From assembly GCA_946495675.1 (NCBI GenBank), contig CAMMDQ010000002.1:69542-133541 (forward strand): DNA of 64,000 nt. The letters are read 5' to 3'. Shown piece after piece: positions 38,718 through 48,566 of the stretch (its first letter is position 1; every line of letters begins with the position of its first letter). Made by a program: the position numbers and the translations under genes. This stretch comes from an uncultured Bacillota bacterium (lineage in GTDB: Bacteria; Bacillota; Clostridia; Christensenellales; UBA1242). The notes under the pieces are model-generated. The model was given only the letters and a program-made list of their open reading frames with translations. It was not told where the DNA came from and did not search any database.

Positions 38718-41119
38718 CTTAAAACCGCTCCAAACCTGTATTGCAAAGATTTCAAAACTTTCGCCATAACCCTAGCAACTTCTTCGTCGGTTAAAGTTTT
38801 GTTTTCGTCAGATAGAATGATATTGAAAGCCAAACTTTTTTTGTTTTCTCCAAGAGTCTGATTGCGATAAACATCGAATAGCGATGCATCAAAATAAAGT
38901 TTTCCACAAGCCGACTTGATAGTTTCAAGCATTTGTCCAACCTGCACATCTTCATCAACAACAACGGCAAGATCTCGTTCAACATTTGGGAATTTTGAAA
39001 CCTGCTTTAACGAAATTTTCTTTTCAGGCATCTGCGACAAAACAAGAGTGCAAAGCTCGCCATAATAAGAATTTGCAGGCAACTCATAGTTTTTGATAAC
39101 CACAGGATGAAGTTTTCCAAAATGCCCAACTTTTTGACCATTCACAAAAACATCCGCGCTAATTCCTGGGTGCAAATATGGTTCAACAGACCTTTCAACA
39201 GAAACATCTCCAACACCCGCCAAAAGCTTTTCGATAACATTTTTGAAATTGAAAAAGTCAAAGCCTTCTTCACATACAAACATTGCAAGCATGTTTGGCT
39301 CATATGGCAAACTTGAAAGTTTTTCTTGGTCTGAAAGATAAACCTTGCCGCATTCAAAAAGCCGCATTTGCTTGTTGCCAACAGACAAGTTATAGGCAGC
39401 TGTTTGCAAAATTGATGTCGCCATCGTTGTGCGCATATATGCAAAATTTTCACCAAGAGGGTTTGAAATTTTGATAGGATTTGCTCTTTGGTCGGTCAGC
39501 ATCAACTTTTTAACAAAGTCTTTTCCTCCAAATGTGAAAGTCATTATTTCATAAAAACCTTCGTTTACAAGCAAGTTTCTACATGTTCTTTCAAAGTTGT
39601 ATCTTTTGTTTGGAACGCTTTCCGTTATAGGAGAATTTTTAAAAAGCACATTATCTGTGTTGTCGTAAACATCGTAACCATAAAGCCTTATCACTTCTTC
39701 AGCAATGTCATTGTCGTTTTCGATATCTTCTCGGTATGGCGGAATCTTGCATTCTATTTTATCTCCAACAAGTTTATTTTCAATGTTCAAACTAGCAAGC
39801 AGCCTTGAAATTTCTTTTGCTTGAATTTCTATGCCTAAAATATCATTGATTTTGCTGACAGAACTTGTCAGATTTCTCCACTGATTCTCCGCTCGCGCTT
39901 TGTCTATAACACCCCTTACAATTTTTCCACAACCAAGCTTTGAAATAAGACTGAGTGCACGCAGAAGCCCATCTTCTGCACTGGCAAGATTTATTCCTTT
40001 TTCATTTCTTGCAGAAGAATCCGTTCTGATGCCATACTTGCGGCTTGAAGTTCTTATTGATTTCAAATCGAAAACCGCCGATTCAAGCACCACAGTTTTT
40101 GTTTTCTGATTGATGCAAGAGTTTGTGCCACCAATAATGCCTGCCAAAACCATAGGCTTTTGAGCATCTGCAATCACAATATCTTTTTCATCAAGATTGT
40201 AAGTTTGACCATTCAAAGCTTCAATCTTTTCACCACTTTTTGCCTGTCTTACATTGATTTGCCCGCCTTCAATCAGTGATTGATCAAAAGCATGAAGAGG
40301 CTGTCCCATTTCAACAAGAACATAATTTGTGATATCAACTATTGTGTCAATCGGTTTTATTCCAACGGCATTTAATCTCGCTCGCATCCATAATGGAGAG
40401 CGTTCAATCTTAACATCTTTAACAGCCCCCATACAATAACGAGAACAATTTTCAGTCAAATTATTAACTTCGATAAAATCATGCACAGTTTCTTTTGAAT
40501 AAATGTCAATAGGATAATTTAAGTTTATCTTTTTTACGCTCTCTCCCAACATTGCAGCGATTTCTCTTGCAAGCCCCACAACACTCAAACAATCTGGACG
40601 ATTTGGTGTTATATAGACATCAAATACCACATCATCAAGCATCAAAGCCTTCTCAATAGGCTGACCAATCTTCATATCATTTGGCAAAATCAAAATTCCG
40701 TCAACACCAGCGCCTTCAAAGTAGTTTTCATCAATGCCAAGTTCTTGGCCTGAGCAGAACATACCATTTGATTCAACACCACGCATTTTTGTAGGCTGAA
40801 TTTTGACACCATTGACAAGGTCTGCACCAGGCAAACTAACAGGAACAACTGCCCCCTCAAAAACATTGGTTGCCGCTGTGATGATTTGCGTGGTTTGATC
40901 GCCAATATCAACTTGGCAAACAACAAGCCTATCTGCCTGAGGGTGCTTTTCAATCTTCAAAATTTTGCCAACAACCACATGATGAAGATATTGATTCTGA
41001 TAAATAAGTTCTTCAACTTCAAAGCCACTTTTTGTCATCTTTGCCGCAAGTTCTTCAGGCGACAATGCAATGTTCACATGTTCTTTTAGCCAATTATATG
41101 TTACTTTCATATTTTCCAC
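38714..41119 (-). CDS. pheT: phenylalanine--tRNA ligase beta subunit
   Basis: 801 aa with tRNA-binding OB, B3/4, B5 and FDX-ACB regions. Follows pheS. Confidence 0.97.
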   Translation of the reverse strand: MENMKVTYNWLKEHVNIALSPEELAAKMTKSGFEVEELIYQNQYLHHVVVGKILKIEKHPQADRLVVCQVDIGDQTTQIITAATNVFEGAVVPVSLPGADLVNGVKIQPTKMRGVESNGMFCSGQELGIDENYFEGAGVDGILILPNDMKIGQPIEKALMLDDVVFDVYITPNRPDCLSVVGLAREIAAMLGESVKKINLNYPIDIYSKETVHDFIEVNNLTENCSRYCMGAVKDVKIERSPLWMRARLNAVGIKPIDTIVDITNYVLVEMGQPLHAFDQSLIEGGQINVRQAKSGEKIEALNGQTYNLDEKDIVIADAQKPMVLAGIIGGTNSCINQKTKTVVLESAVFDLKSIRTSSRKYGIRTDSSARNEKGINLASAEDGLLRALSLISKLGCGKIVRGVIDKARAENQWRNLTSSVSKINDILGIEIQAKEISRLLASLNIENKLVGDKIECKIPPYREDIENDNDIAEEVIRLYGYDVYDNTDNVLFKNSPITESVPNKRYNFERTCRNLLVNEGFYEIMTFTFGGKDFVKKLMLTDQRANPIKISNPLGENFAYMRTTMATSILQTAAYNLSVGNKQMRLFECGKVYLSDQEKLSSLPYEPNMLAMFVCEEGFDFFNFKNVIEKLLAGVGDVSVERSVEPYLHPGISADVFVNGQKVGHFGKLHPVVIKNYELPANSYYGELCTLVLSQMPEKKISLKQVSKFPNVERDLAVVVDEDVQVGQMLETIKSACGKLYFDASLFDVYRNQTLGENKKSLAFNIILSDENKTLTDEEVARVMAKVLKSLQYRFGAVLR

Positions 41120-41143
41120 CTTTTAATTTTTAACTAATTCAAA

Positions 41144-42163
41144 TCATCTAGACTGCTTCAAAAAGCGAATATCGTTTTTGAAAAGAGATCGCATATCTGT
41201 ATTTCCCGTAAAGAGCATTGAAGCTCTGTCGATACCAAATCCAAAAGCAAAACCTTTGTATTTTTTGCTGTCAATTCCATTGAAATCAAGCACTTTTGGA
41301 TTGACAACTCCCGCCCCCAAAAGTTCCAGATATCCACTATTCTTGCACAACTTACAACCCTGCCCATGACACTGTGGACAGCTCACATCAACCTCTATGC
41401 TTGGTTCGGTAAAAGGAAAGTAAGAAGGTCTGAATCTAATCAAAGTATCTTGACCAAACAATCTTTTCATCATAACCGACAGCATAATTTTCAAATCTGC
41501 CATTGAAACATTTTCATCAACAACAAGGCCTTCAAGCTGATTGAACATTGGAGAATGAGTTGCATCACTGTCATTTCGATAAGTTTTGCCAGGAACAACG
41601 ATTTTAAATGGCGGTTTTAGCATCTCCATTGCCCTTGCTTGAACTGCAGTTGTTTGAGTCCTAAGCAAAATGTTATCAGAAAAGTAAAAAGAATCTTGCA
41701 TGTCTCTTGCAGGATGGCTTTTTGGTGTGTTGACAGCTTCAAAATTGTAATAATCGCTTTCGATTTCCGGCCCCTCTATCACTGAAAATCCAAGATTAAC
41801 ACATATGTCAACCAACCTGTCAGTCATGCTTGTTACTGGGTGCAACGCCCCCTTTTTTGTCCCAACTGACGGCATGGTAATATCAACTTTTTCGCATTTA
41901 AGTTTCTCTGCCAGCTCTTGCTGATTAAATTCCTCTTCTTTCTGAGAAATCTTCTCTTCCACCAAAGAGCGAACCTCATTCACTAAAGCCCCAATGCGAG
42001 GTCTATCTTCGCTTGGAACATCTCTCATTCCTTTTAAAACAGCAGTCAGCTTTCCTGCTTTGCCAAGAAAAGCAACCTTAACATCGCCAAGATCTTTTTT
42101 GTTTTCAATTTTTTCAATCGCCTCATTTATTTCCTGTTTGATTTTTAAGAGTTCTTCTTCCAT
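41144..42163 (-). CDS. pheS: phenylalanine--tRNA ligase alpha subunit
   Basis: Class II motifs (FRPSYFPFTEPS, GFAFGFGIDR). ATG 42163 behind AAGGAGAAG. Confidence 0.97.
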   Translation of the reverse strand: MEEELLKIKQEINEAIEKIENKKDLGDVKVAFLGKAGKLTAVLKGMRDVPSEDRPRIGALVNEVRSLVEEKISQKEEEFNQQELAEKLKCEKVDITMPSVGTKKGALHPVTSMTDRLVDICVNLGFSVIEGPEIESDYYNFEAVNTPKSHPARDMQDSFYFSDNILLRTQTTAVQARAMEMLKPPFKIVVPGKTYRNDSDATHSPMFNQLEGLVVDENVSMADLKIMLSVMMKRLFGQDTLIRFRPSYFPFTEPSIEVDVSCPQCHGQGCKLCKNSGYLELLGAGVVNPKVLDFNGIDSKKYKGFAFGFGIDRASMLFTGNTDMRSLFKNDIRFLKQSR

Positions 42164-42234
42164 AACTTCTCCTTTTTTATATAGCTTTACCAGTTTAGAC
42201 GCAAGCAATCTTAAGCATTTTCAGGCAATATTTT

Positions 42235-42475
42235 TCAAAAAAGCCCTTTCATCTTATTAGGACGAAAGAGCAACTTTTCGTGGTACCACCTAATTTCTGC
42301 AATTTCTTGCACTCATCTTAAGTCATTGACGCAGACTCAAAGCGGCAAGCACTACACAGCAAAAGCCTTCACGCTGCAACTAGAAAGCGAATTCACCTGC
42401 CTTTATCATGCTCGTTTTTCAGCCAAGAACAAGCTCTCTGGAATGATAAAAAACTGCAAGTTACTACTCTTTCAT
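42235..42475 (-). promoter_or_regulatory. T-box riboswitch leader of pheST (Phe, UUC specifier)
   Basis: On the minus strand, aattaggtggtaccacg (42279-42295) is the T-box sequence. A terminator hairpin gctctttc/gaaagggc plus U6 ends at about 42235. An AGAGA-type motif and a candidate specifier loop ggtgaaUUCgc (UUC = 42389-42391) are present. Confidence 0.85.
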
Positions 42476-42629
42476 CATCGTCTTTATATTATTTGATTAT
42501 CAGCCATTTGCAAAAAATAAATGCCTTAAAATCAAAGATTACATAGTTATATTATCTTGTAATGAAAATTTTGTCAACTAAATTGACGAAAAACTTGCAT
42601 TAAAGTGACATTTTTTATACAATTAAATT

Positions 42630-43568
42630 ATGACCAAAACCAAATCTGAAAATTTGAAACAAAAAAGTGAAGATAATAGTTTGTTGCTACAAAAAAGCCA
42701 TGCTTTTTCGTCATACAAGATCAAACAGGACTATGAAACAGTTTATTATTTTTTAAAAGATAACGGATTTTCAGAAAATTTTATTACAAATTTGAGAAAG
42801 GTAAAAGGATTTATTCTTATAAACAATCAGCCTTCGACAACAAAGTCTTTTTTGCCAAAAGATTCAATCTTATCCATCTGCAACAATCCAAATCCTAAAA
42901 CAACTATTATGCCCTGCATACTACCACTAGATATAGTATACGAAGATGCATACTACCTACTAGTAAACAAGCCAAGCGGCATTTCAACCATGCCGAACAG
43001 GTCACATTTTTCAAAAAATCTTGCTGGGGCTATTTGTTGGTATATGCAAAGCCGTCAACCAGATTTCACCTTAAGAATTCTAAATCGACTTGATAAAGAC
43101 ACAAGCGGACTTGTTTTAGTCGCTAAAAATTCGATAGCTCAAAAAGATATTAAAAACATTGAAAAAACCTATTTAGCAATTTGCGAAGGCAAAATTGATA
43201 AATCCTGCACAATTTCAAAACCTATTTTAACTATATGCGAAAATGGAGTTAATCTGCAAAAACGAGTAATAAGTGAAAAGGGGCAAGAAGCTACAACCTC
43301 TATCACTCCTGTAAAGATTATGGACGAGTGCACTCTTCTTTCAATCAAATTGCAGCACGGCAGAACCCATCAAATACGAGTGCATCTAGCTAGCATCGGA
43401 CACCCTCTTGTTGGCGATCAGCTCTATGGAAAAATATCAGACAAGATCAATCATGCGGCACTTTGCTGCACCGAACTTTCTTTCTATCATCCTTATTTAA
43501 AAAAGAAGCTGTGTTTTACAGCTCCCTTACCACAAGATTTTTTAATGTTAACCCACAGTTGCGTTTAA
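42630..43568 (+). CDS. RluA-family pseudouridine synthase with N-terminal S4-like domain
   Basis: LNRLDKDTSGLVLVAK catalytic-Asp motif and GRTHQIRVHLASIGHPLVGD. Confidence 0.9.
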   Translation: MTKTKSENLKQKSEDNSLLLQKSHAFSSYKIKQDYETVYYFLKDNGFSENFITNLRKVKGFILINNQPSTTKSFLPKDSILSICNNPNPKTTIMPCILPLDIVYEDAYYLLVNKPSGISTMPNRSHFSKNLAGAICWYMQSRQPDFTLRILNRLDKDTSGLVLVAKNSIAQKDIKNIEKTYLAICEGKIDKSCTISKPILTICENGVNLQKRVISEKGQEATTSITPVKIMDECTLLSIKLQHGRTHQIRVHLASIGHPLVGDQLYGKISDKINHAALCCTELSFYHPYLKKKLCFTAPLPQDFLMLTHSCV

Positions 43569-44311
43569 TCGAAAACCAAGTCAGACAACTCTCTTACCAA
43601 AAATTTTATTGGCTTAATGTATTTGCTCACATATTTAAGCGCAGCAGTCAAAGCTTTAAGCACCACTTCATCGCGAAGATTTGCAGTTTTAATGATTGAG
43701 CTTGCCATATTGTAAGCATCTTCCGCCTGAATAGATTGACGGCACTGCTCAAGTTCTGCCAAAATTTGCACTGCAACCTTTGTAGATTGCTCAAACTTAT
43801 CAACTGATTCATCCTCTTCAATCTCCTCTTCGCCAGTCTCTTGAACCTCATCGAAAAGATAATTCTCTTGGTCCTCCTCATTTTCATTGGCTTCGTTTCC
43901 ACTTTTATAACCGAAAGCCTCAGCAATCAAAGATTTAAAAGGAATAATCATTGTTTCAACAAAACTTTGATATGGGTTTTCATCTCTACCGAAAAATCGT
44001 TTTACAAAATCAGTGAAATCAATTTTTTTGTTATCAATATCAGCAAGTGTGCAGAAAACAAGAGCCACGATCTTATATTCGTCCGTCGGCATCAAGCACA
44101 CAAACTGCCCATGAGAATCTTGAACATATGTTCTAGCAAACTCTCTATCACGGTTGTAAGAACTCAAGCACTCACTGATTAAATCACAAATATCACTTGA
44201 AGAAGCAATAGATTTAAGCAGCTTTGCAATTTTGTATTCCGCAACCAAGAACTTGCAATTTATAAGTTCATCACATGCATCTAAAAATCTTTCAATTTCG
44301 TCATTTGACAT
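43565..44311 (-). CDS. hypothetical protein with central poly-acidic segment
   Basis: 248 aa from ATG 44311 (MSNDEIERFL). No recognised motif. Its stop overlaps the convergent rluA-like stop within ttaa. Confidence 0.65.
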   Translation of the reverse strand: MSNDEIERFLDACDELINCKFLVAEYKIAKLLKSIASSSDICDLISECLSSYNRDREFARTYVQDSHGQFVCLMPTDEYKIVALVFCTLADIDNKKIDFTDFVKRFFGRDENPYQSFVETMIIPFKSLIAEAFGYKSGNEANENEEDQENYLFDEVQETGEEEIEEDESVDKFEQSTKVAVQILAELEQCRQSIQAEDAYNMASSIIKTANLRDEVVLKALTAALKYVSKYIKPIKFLVRELSDLVFD

Positions 44312-44448
44312 AAGCACCCCTAAGAAACATTGATTTTGCAATCAATATTTGGTTTTATTTTAACACAAAGCAAAAATTTTTCAAACTAATATCAACAAGT
44401 TATCGCAAAAAAATTGATTTCAAACAAAAAACATGCTATTATATTTGG

Positions 44449-45006
44449 GTGGAAAAATTCTTATCGGATAAAGAACAAATAGTGCTTGACAAACTGACAA
44501 TGCTTTTTGTCATCGACAAAATGGAAATTCCTTTGACTGAAGATTCCATCTTAGACATTTGCTCAGTAAAAAACACTTGGATAAAAAATTATATGGACTG
44601 CAAGGCTATCATCCATGATATGGTTGACAGCAAGCTTTTGTATAAGCTTAGCAGTGATGATGAAGACAAAAAATTGTTTGCCTTAACTTATGAAGGCAGA
44701 GAATGTCTTTCACACCTTTACAGAAGGATCCCCCTTGCCTTAAGAGAAGAGATTTCTTCCTATTTGCAAGCAAACAGACTCAATGTCAAGTCCGCTCAAG
44801 AATATACGGCCACTTACACAAAAAATGAAGATGGTTCTTATAATGTTGTTTTAAAAATTTATGAACCTTTGATTACCGCGCCAATGTTTGAACTCAGAAT
44901 AAAAGCTCCATCAAGACAATCGGCAAATGAAGCCATTCATAAATGGAAAACAAATGCGCCTGCAATCTATGAGATGATTTATGTAAAACTTATCAACGTT
45001 GATTAA
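44449..45006 (+). CDS. DUF4364-like putative wHTH protein
   Basis: About 180 aa. The N-terminal LTMLFVIDKMEIPLTEDSILD...YKL...FALTYEGRECL pattern resembles clostridial DUF4364/PadR-like proteins. The start codon (GTG 44449) is uncertain. Confidence 0.55.
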   Translation: MEKFLSDKEQIVLDKLTMLFVIDKMEIPLTEDSILDICSVKNTWIKNYMDCKAIIHDMVDSKLLYKLSSDDEDKKLFALTYEGRECLSHLYRRIPLALREEISSYLQANRLNVKSAQEYTATYTKNEDGSYNVVLKIYEPLITAPMFELRIKAPSRQSANEAIHKWKTNAPAIYEMIYVKLINVD

Positions 45007-45034
45007 AGCATGCTTAGTGATACTGTAAAAGAAA

Positions 45035-45066
45035 AAACGCATAAATTCCTATGCGTCTTTTTTATT
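45035..45066 (+). terminator. intrinsic terminator overlapping the rnhA 3' end
   Basis: acgcat-aaattcct-atgcgt followed by ctttttt. Confidence 0.6.
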
Positions 45067-45498
45067 TAACTTTTCAATTTCTCCTCGAGCAATTTTGTCA
45101 CAGCGATTGTTCAATTCGTTGTCTGCATGCCCTTTAACTTTATTCCATGAAATTTCATGCTCATCCGCAAGTTTGATCAGTTGCTGCCACAAATCTACAT
45201 TTTGCACTTGCTTATTTGAGGATGTTTTCCAACTATTTTCGATCCAACTTGTCGTCCATCCTTGCAAAAAAGCATTGACTACATATGCTGAATCACTATA
45301 AATATCTATTCGGCAGCGTTCTTTTAATGCCGCAAGCCCAGAAATTACAGCCATAAGCTCCATTCGATTGTTTGTTGTTTGGCTTTCTCCACCAGACAAA
45401 ACCTTTTCGTGATTATTGTAACTGAGTATAGCCGCCCAACCCCCCTTCCCAGGATTGCCCGAGCAAGCTCCGTCAGTGTAAAGTGTAATCTTTTTCAA
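45049..45498 (-). CDS. rnhA: ribonuclease HI
   Basis: 149 aa with LYTDGACSGNPGKGGWAAIL, the TNNRMEL Glu, and SDS/HADN catalytic residues. Confidence 0.94.
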   Translation of the reverse strand: MKKITLYTDGACSGNPGKGGWAAILSYNNHEKVLSGGESQTTNNRMELMAVISGLAALKERCRIDIYSDSAYVVNAFLQGWTTSWIENSWKTSSNKQVQNVDLWQQLIKLADEHEISWNKVKGHADNELNNRCDKIARGEIEKLNKKDA

Positions 45499-45509
45499 TT
45501 TTGCACCAC

Positions 45510-45914
45510 CTAATTCATTTTCAGTTTTTCATGTATTTCTTGTAATGTGTTCAAATTTTGCTTAAGAGATGGAAAAACCTTCAAATTGTCATTTTTAAAT
45601 CTTGGTATAATATGAATATGCAAATGAAAAACAGACTGCTCAGCATCTTTACCACTGGCGTTCAACACATTCACACCTGTTGCCCCACAGTTTTGCACAT
45701 AGTGCAAAGAAATTTTTTTGACAGCTTCAAACACTTTTGACAGCAGCTTGCTGTCACAATCTAGGATGTTAACACAATGCTCTTTCGGAATCACCAAAGT
45801 ATGTCCGTTCCCATCGTTTGAGATATCTAAGAAAGCCAAAACAAAGTCATCTTCATAAATTTTATAACAAGGCATTTTGCCTTCGACTATTTTACAAAAA
45901 ATACAATCTTCCAT
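45510..45914 (-). CDS. HIT family nucleotide hydrolase/transferase
   Basis: Histidine triad HLHIHIIPR. CIFCKI N-terminus from ATG 45914 behind AGGAG. Confidence 0.92.
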   Translation of the reverse strand: MEDCIFCKIVEGKMPCYKIYEDDFVLAFLDISNDGNGHTLVIPKEHCVNILDCDSKLLSKVFEAVKKISLHYVQNCGATGVNVLNASGKDAEQSVFHLHIHIIPRFKNDNLKVFPSLKQNLNTLQEIHEKLKMN

Positions 45915-45962
45915 TTTCGATCTCCTGAAATGATTATACACCAAATAGATGGATTAAAGCAA

Positions 45963-45990
45963 ACAAAAAAAGGAGCAAACACTCCTTTTT
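45963..45990 (-). terminator. intrinsic terminator ending the three-gene operon
   Basis: On the minus strand, aaggag-tgtttg-ctcctt followed by ttttttt. Confidence 0.7.
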
Positions 45991-45995
45991 ACAAA

Positions 45996-47033
45996 TTAAT
46001 ATAACAGAGAAAAATCAACATCTCCTCTATAAAGATTGCGAGCAGTTTCAATATTTTCTAAAAGTTCGTTGAAAACCATTCGATAATTATTCACATTAAT
46101 ATTTTTCAAGCGTAATTCGCAAATTTTATTGTCCCACTCATCAGCAGACGAAGAAACGTCAGTATAAGTATTCACAAAATCCATAATTTTTCGGTAATTT
46201 TCAGGCTGCAAGTTGGATGGTTGAAATCTCAGCGTGCGGATTAAAGTTTCAAAAGCATTAACAAATCTTGACATAACAGCTTTTTTTGCTTGCGATTGAG
46301 CACAAGCTTTTTGTTTCGATTCTGCTTTGTCAAAAGGTTTCGTTTCTCTTAAGCTTTTGACATTGCAAATATCTGATTTGCATTGCTTTTTCTCTTCAAA
46401 AAGTTGCTTATCATCATTCTCCATGACAAATTGAAGATCTTTAAACGAGACAACGGCACTGCTTTTAATAAAGTCCGCGTCGCCTGGATTGCTATAATTT
46501 CTTACCATACTTGGCAAGATTTCTGAAAATTTTTTAAAAGAATTTTCAAGGCTTTCAAATAAGCCGTTTTTAAATTCGTCAATAAATTTTTGAGGAAGCA
46601 CCATTGAAAGCTTGTCATAATCCTTAGGCAGACAAAGAGTTCTTAAATTAAAGACCTTGTCTTTTAAACTATCTTCAAAAAGAGCAAATTTTTCATCAAG
46701 CAAATTCTTCACAATTGAAAGCCACAACCTTGGCGAAACATCCATCTCTTCAATAATTTCGTGAGTTTGATTGTTAAAAAACAAAAAGTTTGAAAAAACA
46801 CCCTTTTCCGCAACAACCACTCTAATCATTTTGCAGATCACAGCGGCAGCATTGTGCATATATCTAGCTTTTAAAATGAAAAAATCATCTTTTTTGTCTT
46901 TATTCTCCGCCAGAATCAAACGCAAAAAATCCTTTTTAATCAATTCGCACAATTCCCCCGGCAAATTCTTTCCAAAAATTTCTTTACTTAATATCAATTT
47001 TGTAGTTTTTTCTTGTATATTTTTATCTACCAT
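45996..47033 (-). CDS. hypothetical protein (345 aa), third gene of an uncharacterised operon
   Basis: AAGAGG RBS 21 nt after the upstream stop. Predicted largely helical, with no motif I recognise. Confidence 0.75.
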   Translation of the reverse strand: MVDKNIQEKTTKLILSKEIFGKNLPGELCELIKKDFLRLILAENKDKKDDFFILKARYMHNAAAVICKMIRVVVAEKGVFSNFLFFNNQTHEIIEEMDVSPRLWLSIVKNLLDEKFALFEDSLKDKVFNLRTLCLPKDYDKLSMVLPQKFIDEFKNGLFESLENSFKKFSEILPSMVRNYSNPGDADFIKSSAVVSFKDLQFVMENDDKQLFEEKKQCKSDICNVKSLRETKPFDKAESKQKACAQSQAKKAVMSRFVNAFETLIRTLRFQPSNLQPENYRKIMDFVNTYTDVSSSADEWDNKICELRLKNINVNNYRMVFNELLENIETARNLYRGDVDFSLLY

Positions 47034-47054
47034 AATAAACCTCTTAATTTTATC

Positions 47055-47741
47055 TTAAATTTCTCGTTCTTCTTCCACATTATTTTGCGATAAAGTCTTC
47101 TTTGTTATTTCTTCAACCTGCAAAACCACATATTCAAAAGCCGTCATTTTCACTTTCTCTTCGCCCTTGCGAACTGTATAATCCCTATTGACAAAAATTC
47201 CTTGCATATTAATTTTATACTGACTTTTTTCGTCTAGCCTACCTATTTTTTTTGCCATGCTACCGAAAAACACAACTGGTATAAAATTCATGTCAACACA
47301 TTCACCATTTTCATTAAATTCGGCAACCTGACATACCCAATTCATAACACCGTCTCCGTTCTTAGTATTGATAAATTTTCCTTTTCTTTTAGTAGTAGCA
47401 GCTTTTAGAGAGATAATATTTGGATTAAATATGCTGGCGGTATCAAATTTTGCCTTATCAACTTGAAATAACACAAAAAGGTGGTAATCACTATTATACG
47501 ACCTTAGTTTCCCTCGAATAACAACGGGCTTATTTCTTCTGATAGAGCTATCTATTGTCTTTTTATTTTTTTCAGAAAATATGATAGGAATAACAAATTC
47601 TTTATCATTAGTTTTATTGGCATAAGCAAAATTTGCTTGATAAAACTCTCCTCCAAACAGGTTTACATTTTTTATAGAACCATCGACAACCCTGCCAATT
47701 AAATAGCCCTTGTTATTCCATTTAGAATTGTATTTTTCCAT
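47055..47741 (-). CDS. hypothetical protein with two SSB-like OB-fold halves
   Basis: 228 aa from ATG 47741 (AGGAAG RBS). Two repeats show the SSB-like pattern N.GYLIGRVV...FVIPIIF...PVVIRGKLRSYN and NWVCQVAEF...FIPVVFFGSMAKKI...INMQGIFVNRDY. Confidence 0.7.
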   Translation of the reverse strand: MEKYNSKWNNKGYLIGRVVDGSIKNVNLFGGEFYQANFAYANKTNDKEFVIPIIFSEKNKKTIDSSIRRNKPVVIRGKLRSYNSDYHLFVLFQVDKAKFDTASIFNPNIISLKAATTKRKGKFINTKNGDGVMNWVCQVAEFNENGECVDMNFIPVVFFGSMAKKIGRLDEKSQYKINMQGIFVNRDYTVRKGEEKVKMTAFEYVVLQVEEITKKTLSQNNVEEEREI

Positions 47742-47749
47742 AATCTTCC

Positions 47750-48169
47750 TTACATCTCTGGATAGCCATTGCAAGTTATTTTACCCGTGCTGTCAACAAA
47801 GACATTGCCCTCGGTTTGAGTAACTTCGATATATTGCCTTGTTAATTTAGTCAAAGCACATTTTTGTTTTTGAGTTAATGGCATTGCAACAAATTTTTTA
47901 TGCTCAGCATCGTAAAATTGCACCATCAAAGCAACAATTTTATTAAACAAATTATATTTTCGTATCTCCGCAAGTTTAGCAGCTTTTTTAAAAAGCCATT
48001 CCACTTGTTTCCAATCATTTTTTTCTTCACCGCTCAAAATTTCTTTGGCTTTCTTCTCTTGATTGAAGCAACCATCTTTTATATTTTTAGCAACAATATC
48101 TTCCTGTGTCTCCATCTCTTTTTTGAGCTCTTCATTTTCAGACAAATGTCCATTTTGTTCTTTTTTCAT
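47750..48169 (-). CDS. hypothetical protein (139 aa), first gene of an uncharacterised operon
   Basis: GGAGGAAT RBS. Acidic N-terminus, helical. Its stop lies 8 nt before the next start. Confidence 0.7.
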   Translation of the reverse strand: MKKEQNGHLSENEELKKEMETQEDIVAKNIKDGCFNQEKKAKEILSGEEKNDWKQVEWLFKKAAKLAEIRKYNLFNKIVALMVQFYDAEHKKFVAMPLTQKQKCALTKLTRQYIEVTQTEGNVFVDSTGKITCNGYPEM

Positions 48170-48407
48170 AATTCCTCCTAATGTTGATGATGTAATTATA
48201 AATCATCAAAAAGTCAAAGTCAATACCTAATTTTAAGTTTTTTTAGTAATAATTAATTTAATAACATAGAGAAAAAATTTACAATAACCTTTTCTAAGCA
48301 AAACAGCCCAAAGAGTCAATTTAGCTGCTTTTCTCAGTTTATATTTAGAGATTAAGACTTGAATAAAAAACAAATAAACGCACACAATAATGACGGGAGG
48401 TAAAAAT

Positions 48408-48566
48408 ATGAAACAATACAGACCTGGCGAGCAAGCACCAAAATCTGGGAATTATTCTTGCTACGATAAAAACGGAAAATGCGGCGGAAGCACATACCTT
48501 GAAAAAGGTCAAAGATTCCCTGCCACTCAGCATGAAGGTTCTCACTACGAAGAAGACGCAGAGTAA
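48408..48566 (+). CDS. YjzC-like small protein (52 aa, not in the ORF track)
   Basis: GGGAGG RBS 7 nt upstream. MKQYRPGEQAPKSGNYSCYDKNGKCGGSTYLEKGQRFPATQHEGSHYEEDAE resembles the Bacillus YjzC pattern (PG..AP.sG.Y......G.....L..G..FP.T). A strong terminator follows. Confidence 0.75.
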   Translation: MKQYRPGEQAPKSGNYSCYDKNGKCGGSTYLEKGQRFPATQHEGSHYEEDAE

